A stretch of 63,992 nucleotides of DNA, filler included, from Licmophora abbreviata (GCA_900291995.1; 47 parts of 47 records of this genome joined end to end with filler, not necessarily neighbours in it); one strand, 5' to 3'; numbered from the whole stretch's first letter, positions 22,824 through 34,752 are shown. Notes: generated from the sequence alone by a model not told the origin. Numbers and translations: made by a program.

Positions 22824-23705
22824 TCACCCATCTTTTTGACTTTGCTTCTTTTTCTTTTCTGGAACCGAGGGCGGATCCAACTTGTCCAAAAACCTCACAA
22901 GATACAACAATCCGACCAAGCTCAAGTAATGACTCAGCATGAGATTCGTATTGGCTTGCACAATCAAGATATCCAGCGGCTGCAGCGTCTGCAATCCACC
23001 TCCTCCTGCCGCATTCCCTACGGCCAGTACTGTCCCCTGCGACATGGTCAATACCTTGACCGCCAACCCACCGACAATCTGTCCAGATCCGAGCAGCGTC
23101 AGTCCCATACCTAGGAGATTGAGCATACTTCCCACCGTGATGGCCCGACGCAACATGCTGGCAGCCGTGATTTCGTCCGTGCTCCGTCGCTTCCAACGTC
23201 GTGCCAAGCGTGCCCCGCCCCGAGTCCACAAGATGCTCAAACAAGACGTGACGATGCCCGATCCAGCCCAAAAGAATCCGCCAATCACGGTGCCGGCGTT
23301 TGCCGAGTTTCCAATGACACTACGGGCAAAGAGCAAGGTGACCGCGGATACTGTGGTCAGGATGACTTGAGCCCACCACGAGAGCCACTCTGTGCGGCGT
23401 AAGATATTGGAAGTCGACAGGACCAGCGTGGGAGAAGTCGTGGGACTGCTGTTGGATGACATAGAACTCGTACCCTCCTCCTCCTCATCTTCGTCTCGCG
23501 AGAAAATAAAGCGGCGCGAGGTGGTCGGCGGTGATCTGATGGCGATGGAAGGACGGCGATACAGCAGACTTAGCGGGGGTAGCAGTAGAGAATGAGGTTG
23601 GGAGGGTGTCATAGGCATGGCACGTATGACGCTTGTCCGAGCAGGAGCAAAGGCATCGACGACCACGAGCGATACGGATGCTGCCATCGCGACCAGCATC
23701 ATCAT
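22824..23705 (-). CDS. Plastid-targeted DUF3611-family membrane protein
   Basis: Bipartite leader with DAF-AP (ASAFAP-like) motif; WLSWWAQVILTTVS, NLLGMGLTLLG, LQPLDILIVQANTN. Confidence 0.8.
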   Translation of the reverse strand: MMMLVAMAASVSLVVVDAFAPARTSVIRAMPMTPSQPHSLLLPPLSLLYRRPSIAIRSPPTTSRRFIFSRDEDEEEEGTSSMSSNSSPTTSPTLVLSTSNILRRTEWLSWWAQVILTTVSAVTLLFARSVIGNSANAGTVIGGFFWAGSGIVTSCLSILWTRGGARLARRWKRRSTDEITAASMLRRAITVGSMLNLLGMGLTLLGSGQIVGGLAVKVLTMSQGTVLAVGNAAGGGGLQTLQPLDILIVQANTNLMLSHYLSLVGLLYLVRFLDKLDPPSVPEKKKKQSQKDG

Positions 23706-23807
23706 CCNNNNNNNNNNNNNNNNNNNNNNNNNNNNNNNNNNNNNNNNNNNNTTAATTAATTAANNNNNNNNNNNNNNNNNNNNNNNNNNNNNNNNNNNNN
23801 NNNNNNN

Positions 23808-24725
23808 TGACAAGACGGAATCCATATGGAAGAGTCTTGTGGCGGAGTGTCGCTGACGTAGTCGCCGTGCTCACTTTCACACTGAACAACAAGAAGAGTG
23901 GCAAAGCTGTGAGTTCTTGGCCGATCGCTCAAACGGAGGCAACAAACCAAAGAGTTCGAGTACACTTACGCCTCCTTGAAACACATGCAAGAGACCCAAC
24001 CAATGGCCAACCTCGTGAATTAGGATTTTTCCAGAGTTATACTGCGGACAACTACCGCCTGGGACAGAGCAGTGTTCCACAAATACACCATCTTTAGCGC
24101 CGTCAAAGCCAGACGGAAACGTTGAGAGTCCAAGCGTCGCGGGGAGCAACTTTAGAGTGTAGATATTGAGAGTCCTACGGTCACCCACCCTCAAATCAGT
24201 GCCAAGAGCACTTTGCATCGAGGCGAAATCATAATTGAACAGCCTGACATCAAACAAACTAGAGTTGCTTGTTCGCGTTGTTCCCCTGAGTGTGAAGTTG
24301 AAGGGACTGCCAGAAAATCCGTCATTCAGAACATCGACTTGCTGTTGAATCTGTTCGTCAAGGACACGTCCGGATGACTCGTCAGTCTCCGTCACGACGT
24401 GAAAGTAGATGTCAATCTCGACACAGCGAGTGCACAACTCTTCTTCCCTTCTTCGACGATTGTTGGAATCAAGTGCGTGATACATTGCAAGTACAGACTT
24501 CTGCCTTTCTAACTGCTGTTCTGACTGCTCCGGGGTCGCACAGAGACCACGGCGGTCGGTATTCGAAAGTGAAGGCGAAGATTGGAAGGGCGAAAACGCC
24601 AATTCCATTGGCTCAAGGTCCCGGTCACCACGCCCGACATGCTGATGATGATGTTCGCCGTGAGCCCATACGACCAAAATCAACTGACCAAGGAGCAGAA
24701 ATGCAAGTAAGCTGCCGCTCTTCAT
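23808..24725 (-). CDS. Secreted M43 (pappalysin/ulilysin-like) zinc metalloprotease (5' part, intron after ~23968)
   Basis: Signal peptide, CATP cysteine switch, IYFHVV, QVDVLN, HEVGHWLGLLHVFQGG. Confidence 0.88.
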
Positions 24726-25185
24726 CCGTCTTAACATTGACTGGTGCTATCCTCGACGATGAAAAAGAAAGAGTAACCGGTCCAAGTTGCTGGCAAACAG
24801 CAAGCGGGCAAAATGTGGGGATCATGCCAGTCTTGGAACAATAGATTCAATTGCACCCAAAGGGTCATTGCCCATGCCTGGGGCGTATATTTTGAAGTTG
24901 CAGATATATATGTCATACCACGTGGTACACGTCACCATGAGGTTTCATTTATCCCAACAAGTCATTTCAAGCCTTCTCGTAATAAGTACTTGACGAATGA
25001 TATTTTAACGGTCATCAGTCGACGTTTGAAAGTCGAAACTAAAAATGCCTTCACTTTTCACTTTTGTGTCAACGCGCATCACATTNNNNNNNNNNNNNNN
25101 NNNNNNNNNNNNNNNNNNNNNNNNNNNNNTTAATTAATTAANNNNNNNNNNNNNNNNNNNNNNNNNNNNNNNNNNNNNNNNNNNN

Positions 25186-25608
25186 ACCATGCCTTCGGCG
25201 GCGGCGGATATCGCACATGACCACGCGGCCCACGATCATGGACAGGGCGGGCACGGACAGGGCGGGAGCCACGATCACAAGACCCTCACCGAAGTGGGGG
25301 ACATGGCGCCGGTATTGACGCTGAGCATTCATCCCGACGGGCCGCAAAGCCGCAACCTGCATATCGGTGTGACCGGCTTCACCTTTGATCCGGAGGGGGT
25401 GAACGGCACGCATATGCCGGGTCACGGCCACGCCCATATCTATGTCAACGGGGTCAAGATGCCCCGCGCTTACAGTCCCTGGGTGCAGCTCCTGGCACTG
25501 CCGAAAGGCACACATGAGATCCGCGTCACGTTGAACGCGAACGACCATTCACAGCTGGCCCGCAACGGCCAGCCCATCGAGGCCACCACAAGGGTGGTGA
25601 TCGACTGA
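25186..25608 (+). CDS. His-rich putative periplasmic metal-binding protein (partial)
   Basis: HDHAAHDHG..H, GHGHAHIYVNGVK..RAY, VTLNANDH; lies directly upstream of cobW. Confidence 0.7.
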   Translation, partial: TMPSAAADIAHDHAAHDHGQGGHGQGGSHDHKTLTEVGDMAPVLTLSIHPDGPQSRNLHIGVTGFTFDPEGVNGTHMPGHGHAHIYVNGVKMPRAYSPWVQLLALPKGTHEIRVTLNANDHSQLARNGQPIEATTRVVID

Positions 25609-25648
25609 GCGCAAATCGCGCATCCCCGTATGTCAAGGAGAGACCCTG

Positions 25649-26462
25649 ATGCCCGCCAAGATACCCGCAACGGTCGTGACCGGTTTCCTAGGGGCCGGCA
25701 AGACCACCCTGATCCGGCACATGCTGGAGAACGCCAACGGCAAGCGCATCGCGCTGATCATCAATGAATTCGGTGATCTTGGCGTCGATGGCGGCATCCT
25801 CAAGGGGTGCGGCATTGAGGGCTGCGCCGAAGAGGATGTGATGGAATTGAGCAATGGCTGCATCTGTTGCACCGTGGCCGATGATTTCATTCCCACCATG
25901 CAAAAGCTGCTGGACCGCGAGACTGCGCCCGATCATATCGTGATCGAGACGAGCGGGCTGGCATTGCCGCAACCCTTGGTGAGAGCGTTCAACTGGCCCG
26001 AGATTTCCACCCGCGTGACGGTGGACGGGGTGGTGACGGTGGTCGATGGCAAGGCCGTGACCGAGGGCCGCTTTGCGCATGATGTGGCCGCCGTGGACGC
26101 GCAGCGCGCGCAGGACGAGAACCTGGACCATGAAACGCCGCTGTCGGAACTGTTCGCCGATCAGGTGGCTTGCGCCGACATGATCGTGGTGAACAAGGCC
26201 GATCTTCTGGACGAGGCCGAAGCGGCCGGTCTGGTCGACAAGCTGCGCCGCGACAGCCGCGATGGCGTGCAGGTAATCAAGGCCACGATGGGGGCACTGC
26301 CGCTGGATGTTCTGCTGGGTCAGGGTGTGGGCGCCGAGACCGATATGGACGCGCGCCACGAGATCCACCATCACCACGCGCATGACGACGATCATCATGA
26401 CGATCACGATCACGATCACGATCACGATTATGACCACGATCACGACGCGTTCGAATCCTTTG
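25649..26462 (+). CDS. cobW: Cobalamin biosynthesis GTPase CobW (5' part)
   Basis: GFLGAGKTT, INEFG, NGCICCTVADDF, IETSGLALPQPL..FNWP, NKAD, His/Asp tract; GGAG RBS. Confidence 0.93.
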
Positions 26463-26678
26463 NNNNNNNNNNNNNNNNNNNNNNNNNNNNNNNNNNNNNN
26501 NNNNNNTTAATTAATTAANNNNNNNNNNNNNNNNNNNNNNNNNNNNNNNNNNNNNNNNNNNNGCCTTTAACCTGAGGCATCAGCGACAGGCGGAACGCGT
26601 ACAACGATTGAACGGAGCACTGCAATTCGCGAAAATCTGTGAGTCAGGTTTTTCGCGAAACACTTTAGGAGGACACAG

Positions 26679-27092
26679 ATGCAGACCCCAACCCTCATCA
26701 CTGCCGCTCTGGCCGTTGTTGCAGCCCTGACCGGCGCGGCGCAGGCCGAAGGCAATGCCCGCAACGGCGAGGCGATCTACGAAAGGTACTGTGCCGCCTG
26801 CCATGGCGCCGATGCCACGGGCGACGGGCCGATGCAGGCGGTGCTGACCGTGCGGCCCACCGATCTCACCGCGCTCAGTGCCGACAATGACGGCGTGTTT
26901 CCCATGGGCCGCGTGGTCAAGCGCATCGACGGGCGCGACCCGCTGGTGGCCCATGGCAGCCCGATGCCGATCTATGGCGATTTCTTTCAGGGGCAGGATG
27001 CCGCGCTGAAAACCGAAAGCGGCCAGCCGATCATCACCTCGACCCCGGTGACCGACCTTATCGCCTATCTCGAAGGGCTGCAGACCCGCTGA
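26679..27092 (+). CDS. Monoheme c-type cytochrome
   Basis: AGGAGG RBS, signal peptide, CAACH, HGSPMPIYG. Confidence 0.88.
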   Translation: MQTPTLITAALAVVAALTGAAQAEGNARNGEAIYERYCAACHGADATGDGPMQAVLTVRPTDLTALSADNDGVFPMGRVVKRIDGRDPLVAHGSPMPIYGDFFQGQDAALKTESGQPIITSTPVTDLIAYLEGLQTR

Positions 27093-27152
27093 GGCGCGAT
27101 TTGAAACGCGGCGCGCGCGGGCTATTTTGGCCAGCGTAAAGGAAGGTGTCCG

Positions 27153-27554
27153 ATGTTCCGTCTCCTGCTTGCTGCCGCCCTCGCCGCCTGTCTGTCCCTG
27201 CCGGCGCGCGCCGATGATCAGGCCATTCGCGGCGTGATCTCGGCCCAGATCGACGCCTTTCTGGCGGAAGATGTCGACACCGCCTTCACCTTCGCCAGCC
27301 CCACGATCAAACAGATCTTCGGCAACCCCGAACGCTTCGGACAGATGGTGCGCCAAGGCTATCCGATGGTCTGGCGCCCCGATAGCGTCCGTTTCCTGTC
27401 GATCGAGGAGCGCGGCGGGCGGCTGTTCCAGACCGTCATGATCCGCGATGGGGCAGGGGCCTTGCATCTGCTCGAATACGAGATGATCCCCGGCGAGGAT
27501 GGCTGGAAAATCGACGGCGTGCGCCTCTTGAAGCCCTCCGACGGCACCGCCTGA
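27153..27554 (+). CDS. DUF4864-family periplasmic protein
   Basis: QIDAF..D..TAFTFASP.IK..FG....F..MV..GYPMVWRP..WKIDGV. Confidence 0.8.
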   Translation: MFRLLLAAALAACLSLPARADDQAIRGVISAQIDAFLAEDVDTAFTFASPTIKQIFGNPERFGQMVRQGYPMVWRPDSVRFLSIEERGGRLFQTVMIRDGAGALHLLEYEMIPGEDGWKIDGVRLLKPSDGTA

Positions 27555-27586
27555 CCGCCCGGCCCTGACCGCTGCGCCTTGACCGC

Positions 27587-27839
27587 TCAGCCCGGCCCGG
27601 CCAGCCCGCGCACCGACCAGCCCCAGAACCGCGCCAGCATCAGCAGCGCCGCGCAGGCCAGCCCCACCGCCAGCCCCAGCCAGATGCCCGCACCCCCAAG
27701 GCCAAGCGTGAAGCCCAGCACATAGCTTGCCGGCACCCCGATCAGCCAATAGCTGACCGTCGCCATCACCATCGGCACCCGTGTGTCCTGCACCCTCGCA
27801 GCAGTCCAAGCGCCATGACTTCGCCCCGCACTCCACCAG
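27587..27839 (-). CDS. MATE-family efflux transporter, 3' end (apparent 1-nt homopolymer deletion near 27793)
   Basis: GLLRG/VQDTRVPM..SYWLIGVP..GIWLGLAVGL. Confidence 0.8.
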
Positions 27840-27939
27840 NNNNNNNNNNNNNNNNNNNNNNNNNNNNNNNNNNNNNNNNNNNNTTAATTAATTAANNNNN
27901 NNNNNNNNNNNNNNNNNNNNNNNNNNNNNNNNNNNNNNN

Positions 27940-28523
27940 CGTTGCATACTCTCGGTCATGGAGTCTTCCAAATCGTAGAGATCCGACAACTGTTCCGACA
28001 ATTGTTCCACCTCCCCTGGATCTCCATCCTCCATCCGTTGCTCCACCTGCTCTGTCCTGTGATGCACTTGATCAAGCCGAGATTGTAGACGAGACTGGAT
28101 GTATTCACGAGGGTATAGATCCACCGACCTGTCACCACCACCATCATCATGTTGTTCCTCACGGGAATGGCCATCTTCATCGTCAGCGGCCGCCAAATAC
28201 TCCACAGTCAATTCCGATACTGGAAACCCGTCAATCATCTTGGAGGCAAAGATCCGGGCAAAGGTGGTCTTGCCCGCCCCGTTGGTGCCGACAATACCCG
28301 TAATGCTGCCATGAGGTATCGTCACGTCGGCACTGTCAAACAAGATGCGGCCGCCATCGTGCGCGAGACTCAGGCCATGAATGTTGAGCGCTTGTCCGCG
28401 ATGGTACTGACAAGGCGCCGTGGTGGTAAACGTCGCTGCTGTCGCAACCAACAACTCGAACTCATCGCTGTCGGAGTCGTTGGCGTTGCTGCTGCTGCTG
28501 CTGCTACTGTTGCTGTCTGTCAT
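27940..28523 (-). CDS. ABC-F family ATPase, 5' part (eukaryotic)
   Basis: RILFDSA..I..G..TGIVGTNGAGKTT Walker A, then a coiled-coil arm. Confidence 0.75.
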
Positions 28524-29309
28524 CAACTAGTCAAGGCAATTGTTTGCTCTTGCTCTTTTATGATGATGCAACGAGAAGCGTTGGAGCTTCGACGCAGGGA
28601 AGCTTCGAGTGACGAAAGAGGCAAGAACGTCTGCAGCTAAGGAGTCTTTTTCGACTCGTTCGACCCACAACTACACTGTTCCGCAAGAGGGCAAGACGGG
28701 CGACGACACAAACACTCTGCAGCAACTACAAGTACAGCTGCATTCACCCTGCCTTTTGGTACTCCGGATTGATGGGCTTGTATAATTTATATGGGTTTGT
28801 ACATAGGACGGGCGGCCGGCCTTCCAATGTACCTTGCAGGTAAAGCTAGCTATTCGACAAAGGTATGTTTTGCCTAGCCCAAGACACGGATGATACACTG
28901 TCCTCAATACGAGTACTGGTAGTCATTTTTAGAATAAAACGAAAGGAAACGGAGGATTGCAATTTAGTCTAACGTTTAATAAGATAATTTCTGGTTGGCG
29001 AAACAAATGTTCTTTAGGAGCGACGACAAGGGTTACGGAAAGATTTCCAGGCAGAGTACCAGCCCAGAAGGCAGGTAAAGGGAGAGAGTCTTGTGAGAGG
29101 GACTGGCTGAGTTCTTTTAGCTGCTGCAGCAGCTTGTCTAACTTCGTCTTCTGTTGGACGACAGAAGATGTGGAGCAAGTCAATGTATTAGCTAGCTAGA
29201 ATCAACTCTNNNNNNNNNNNNNNNNNNNNNNNNNNNNNNNNNNNNNNNNNNNNTTAATTAATTAANNNNNNNNNNNNNNNNNNNNNNNNNNNNNNNNNNN
29301 NNNNNNNNN

Positions 29310-30573
29310 GCCGCGGTCGCAGCGCCATTCGTGGCTTCACAAAGCGTGCTACGGTGGAGGCATGCTTGGTCTCTAGCTGGGTCTGCGCTCCGGGCGGTTG
29401 CACCTCTAGGTCTTGCAGAGCCAAGGTGTCAAACTGGGGGGTCGAAGTCGGTCCGTCCAAGTGGGATTCCATCGGGTCCGGTGTCTCGCATGTGATGTCG
29501 GGGAGCGTGAAGAGAGAGGCTACACGGACCGGAGTCAACAGGAGAACTTCGTGGTCAGTTTCAATAGGGCCACCGTGATGGGTGTTCCGCAAGACGAACG
29601 CCGTGTACTTCCACCCTTTGGGAGGCGGCATGAGCTTGCGCGCTCGGCTGAAGACACTGGGCCATCGGATTGGGGCTACTAGCATGGTGGCTTGGGTGTC
29701 GCAGTGCGTCCGGAGGGTCGAGGCGAAGTTTAGAGATTTACGGCACCAAGTCTCCAGGGCGGCGTCAGGCTTTCCCACCGGATCGATGCTTCCAGTGTAG
29801 ATGGCGACTTGCCATTGGACCGTCGGCACGTCCTCTGAAGGTATCTCCGTTAGCGCGCGTGTCCAGGTGTCCAGCTGCTGGGTGCGCCAATCGGCAGCTG
29901 GTGAGGGGGTTGGCGACGGACCGTCTTCCAGCGCGACGACAGGGGAGCTCAGAGGGACGCCTGCACCGTGCAACGCTTCCTCTATTGGGATACCCACGCT
30001 GCCACAAGAGAGTATGGACCGGGTCCATCCCATGGAATCTGGCGTGCTTGGGTGGTCCGACGTATTGATCCCAGCAATTACGCTCGACAGGTGAGCTCGG
30101 AGGTCGCTCGATGGCACCGGGGCTAGGCAGGAGAGCGAAGCAACAGAAGTGGTAGACTGATGTGGCCGCCAGTCAGCCGTACTGGCGTTGTACCTCGACA
30201 GCACATCGCATTCTTTCATCATGGCTGCCGGCCTGTGCTCAATGGTGAAGTGGAACTGAAGTAGCTCAGCCCGCCACCGTTGAAGCATGTGATTGGCACC
30301 AGCGTCGCCTTCAAAGAACTGTCGAAGGCCGCCGCAGTCAGTCAGCCACGTGAACTCGGCCCCGATGAGCCATTTCCGGAATTTTCCAATTGCCCATCTG
30401 CCTGCGGCCGCTTCTCCAACATACGAGTGATAGTGTTGCTCCGGTTTGCTCGTCTGACGGTCTAGGAAGGCGATGGGGCGCAGGCGAGGGCCTGAGGCAG
30501 TGCGGTCGAAAGCACACTTCGCGCCGTCGGCCTCGGCTGCCTCCCTTTCCTTCCCTTGTTCGTCGTCTGGGTC
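29310..30573 (-). mobile_element. Ty3/gypsy pol fragment: RNase H followed by an extra methyltransferase-like domain
   Basis: Single frame RLRPIAF..HSYVGEAAAGRWAIGKFRKWLIGAEFTWLTDC..LQRWRAELLQFHFTIEHRP..CDVLSR, then ~290 further aa. Confidence 0.8.
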
Positions 30574-30673
30574 NNNNNNNNNNNNNNNNNNNNNNNNNNN
30601 NNNNNNNNNNNNNNNNNTTAATTAATTAANNNNNNNNNNNNNNNNNNNNNNNNNNNNNNNNNNNNNNNNNNNN

Positions 30674-31936
30674 GAACACCTGAGAGGCGCCGAGCACGGC
30701 GGCGGCGCGGGGGGTCATGCCGTCCTGGCGGCGGCGCTGGATGTTTTCGGTCACCACGATGGCGTCATCGACCACCAGCCCGGTCGCGAGCACCAGAGCC
30801 AGAAGGGTGATGAGGTTGATGGAAAAGCCCATGAGCCAGATCCCGGCGACCGAGCCGACAAGGGCCACCGGGATCGCGACGGCGGGGATCAGGGTGGCCG
30901 ACAGGCGCCCGAAGAAGAGCCACATGACGCCGATCACGATCAGGAGGGCGGCGCCCAGTGTCTTGAGCACTTCGGCGATGGCGCCACGGATGAAGACCGC
31001 GTCGTCGCTGGTGACCTGGAAGCCCAGATCGGGAAAGCGCTGCCGGAGCTGCGAGATTGCGCCCTGAACCTGGTCGGAGATGCGCACGGTGTTGGATTGC
31101 GCCTGTCGGACGATGCCGAGATTGATGACCAGCCGCCCGTCAAGGCGCGCGACACTGCTGGGGGTGGCGAGGCCGAAATAGACATCGGCCACATCGCCCA
31201 GACGGATCCGGTCGCGCAGCATCAGGTCCTCGATGCGGGCGGGGTCGGCGACGGTGGCGTCGGCGCGCACCAGCACTTCGAGAGGACCCGAGGAAAAGCT
31301 GCCGACCGGCACATCGAATTGCGCGGCGCGCAGCACGTTTGCCACCTCGCCGATGGACAGGCCGAACGCGGCCAGACGGTCGGGCCGGACCGCGACGCGC
31401 AGGACGCGCTGCCGGTCGCCGAACAGCACCACATCGGCCACACCGTCGATGGCGGTGAATTCGGGCACCAGAGCGTCCTCGACCAGCCGGGTCAGAGCGT
31501 CGATCGAGCGCGCCTCGCTCCAGACGGCGATATTGACGATGGGATCGGCGTCCTGTTCGGATTTGACCACAAACAGATCCTCCACCCCGTCGGGCAGGCG
31601 GTTCTCGACGCGGCTCACGGCCTCGCGCACATCGTTGGAGGCATTGGCCAGATCGCGGTCGGGGCTGAATTCCACGCGCATCCGGAAATTGCCCTCCTCG
31701 GAGGAGGTGCGCACCGCCTGTACCCCGGCGACGCGGGCGACGGCGCCTTCGACCACGGAGGCCAGTTCGGCATCGACGGTGGTGGGCGAGGCGCCGGGGA
31801 AATTGGCCCGGACCGACACCACGGGCCGATCCACATCGGGCAGTTCGCGCACTTCGATGCCCCAGAGCGCGCCGATACCCGCGATCATGATGAGCAGGCT
31901 CATCACCGCCGCCAGATAGGGGCGGCGCACGCTGAG
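30674..31936 (-). CDS. RND efflux permease (AcrB/AcrD/AcrF family), 5' part, bacterial
   Basis: RRPYLAAV, VRELPDVDRPVVSV, IPAVAIPVALVG, INLITLLALVLATGLVVDDAIVVTENI. Confidence 0.93.
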
Positions 31937-32036
31937 NNNNNNNNNNNNNNNNNNNNNNNNNNNNNNNNNNNNNNNNNNNNTTAATTAATTAANNNNNNNN
32001 NNNNNNNNNNNNNNNNNNNNNNNNNNNNNNNNNNNN

Positions 32037-33298
32037 TGTGTGATGTGAACCAAAAATATGCCCCATTCGTCACTACCGAGAACGGGAAGCGCGTACTGTA
32101 CGTGCGGCTTCTGAAAGCGCTGTATGGATGCGTCAAGTCTGCGTTACTCTGGTATGATTTGTTCGTTACCACTTTGAAAGGCAGAGGTTTTGTGATCAAC
32201 CCGTATGATCCATGTGTGGCAAATTGTACCATAAACGGCAAACAATGTACCATCGGATGGTACGTCGACGACAACAAGATATCACATGTGGACCCGGCTG
32301 TCGTTACAGAAATTATCGAGCTGATTGAATCGCGTTTCGGTAAGATGACTGTCACTCGAGGTAAGCAACATACGTTCCTGGGCATGGATATCACTTTTAA
32401 CGACGATGCCAGTGTCACGATTACCATGAAGGACTACATCCGTGAGGCCGTGAGTGATTTTGGCGAAGATGTATCGAGGCCAGCTGCGACGCCCGCTGGC
32501 AAGGATCTGTTTGAGATCGAAGAGACCGCTGAGCCCCTGGAGAAGACCAGGAGCGAGTTGTTCCACAGTATCGTCGCGAAGCTGTTGTATGTTTCGCAGC
32601 GTGGCCGCAGCGACATTTCACCAACAATCGCTTTCCTTTGTACGAGAGTGTCCCGCAGCACTGCCCAAGATTGGAGAAAGCTGAAGCGTCTACTACAGTA
32701 CCTGAACAACACCATTGACCTTGCTTGCACCATTGCAGCTGACAACCTATCGAGCCTAATGACATGGGTGGATGCATCCTATGCTGTACACAACGACATG
32801 AAGAGCCATACTGGCGGTGCATTATCTCTCGGCCGTGGCGCGATTATGTGCAAGTCCACCAAACAGAAATTGAATACGAAGAGTTCGACTGAAGCCGAGA
32901 TTGTTGGTGCTAGTGACTATCTTCCGAATACTATCTGGGCACGCATGTTCATGGAGGCCCAAGGGTATGAGATACATCGAAACGTTTTCGCGCAAGACAA
33001 CCAGAGTGCAATGCGACTGGCCACGAACGGCCGTGCATCCACTGGACAGAAATCCCGACACATCAATATCCGACATTTCTTCATCACCGACCGAATGAAA
33101 AGCGAAAAGCTGAATATAGTTCACTGCCCCACCGAGTCCATGTTGGCCGATTTCTTCACTAAACCGTTGCAAGGTCGTCTCTTCCGCAAGTTTCGCAGTG
33201 TAATTCTCGGCCATGAACCTGTCAGTGCGCTACTCGACGAACCGACGTCTCGACCCATTATGAACCAGAACGAACCGCCTCCCCAGTCTGAGGAGCGT
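32037..33298 (+). mobile_element. Ty1/copia RT-RNase H (second lineage); contig ends at a probable PPT/LTR boundary
   Basis: KALYGCVKSALLWY, YVDD, WVDASYAVH, SSTEAE, QDNQSA, LADFFTKPLQG; terminal GAGGAGCG-T. Confidence 0.93.
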
Positions 33299-34752
33299 NN
33301 NNNNNNNNNNNNNNNNNNNNNNNNNNNNNNNNNNNNNNNNNNTTAATTAATTAANNNNNNNNNNNNNNNNNNNNNNNNNNNNNNNNNNNNNNNNNNNNGA
33401 CCGCTCTCGGTGTATTGTGAGCTCACAGACTCAACAATTACAGTGTCGCAGTGCATTTGCCAACTGGTGGTGATAATCGGTAAACTCAGCCGCATAGACA
33501 CGGGTAGCTCAAGCATACTATAGAATAGTATTGTCTTCTCGTCCCCTGCTTGATCGTACCGTCGGTCTATCTCTCCTCGTCCGACGACTTTTCCAGACAT
33601 GATTCTGTCCCCTATCGGCAGCAGCTGTACCCCAGCGCTCGTCGTATACGTTTGCAGGTATTGGGATCGCATCATCAATGTCGTGTACACCCACGAGGTG
33701 GAGGAGTCGGGCCCCCATCGTCAACCTCGTACTAACAAGCTGATATTGTCGGTGTCTCTTTGTTTGCTCGGATTGTCTCGCTGAAAGTCCTCCTCAGCAA
33801 ATGAATAGCCAAACAACTCACGGGTACTCACATCGCAAGTGCTTCATTGGCCCTATTCACACCCGGACTGCCTCGTCCGGCATACAATCCCATCCTTCTG
33901 GGATCATCAATGATTCTTCAGCAGTCTCCTCTCCGGAGCCTCGCTTTTGCAGCATTGTCTCAACCGACTTCGGACATGTCGAACGCACCGAGTCCCATCG
34001 CGCGTGAGCCCTTGGACGCTTCCTGTCGTAAATGCTGTCGGCAATTAATAGCGTAGAGTGCATCACTATGTCGATCTCTCGCCTTGCCGCTTTTCTCAGC
34101 GCTGTCCTCGCTACTTTGTCGATGGTGTGCCACGGTAGGGTACATCGCTATGCTTCTCCCTCCGCGCAGGATCGATGCATCTGTCAGCGCTCGTCGCTGT
34201 CTCGGTAGCAGACGATGCGACACGGCGCATATCCGTTGCTCCATCATCAGTTTCAGCATACTTGGCTGTCTCGTTAGCGGGCGGTGCAACACAGCGCGTA
34301 TCCGTCACCGCTTCGTCGTGGTCAGCGTCAAACACGTGGACTCCTGCCACTTGCACACTCGGATATCAAGCAAAACGTTGCGCAGCCTTCCCCACACCAT
34401 TTGACGTCGCGGATCAGACGCTCTCTCTGACTATCACTCACGGTCACCTGCTCTGTATTACCTCGGGAAAGACTTTGCGGACAAACACGACGAGCTAGTC
34501 AACGCCCCTGTTTCATGTCCCCTGTGGGATCGCGTCCCCTGTCGAGTCGCCTCGTCGTTTCCCTGTCCCCGTTTTTCGCTAGGTCTACCCGAGGAATCCT
34601 TCCTATCTGGGCAGGTAGCGTGCGCTTCCTACGCAAGGGTTTGGTAAGTGAGNNNNNNNNNNNNNNNNNNNNNNNNNNNNNNNNNNNNNNNNNNNNTTAA
34701 TTAATTAANNNNNNNNNNNNNNNNNNNNNNNNNNNNNNNNNNNNNNNNNNNN

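Noticed and set aside
26580..27836. 418-aa minus-strand ORF, and similar long shadow ORFs at 25688, 31097, 31233 and 58790
   Set aside because: Antisense to well-supported genes in high-GC DNA, with no recognisable motifs.
28929..29209. Possible retroelement 3' end or short ORF
   Set aside because: No diagnostic motif, so no call can be supported.
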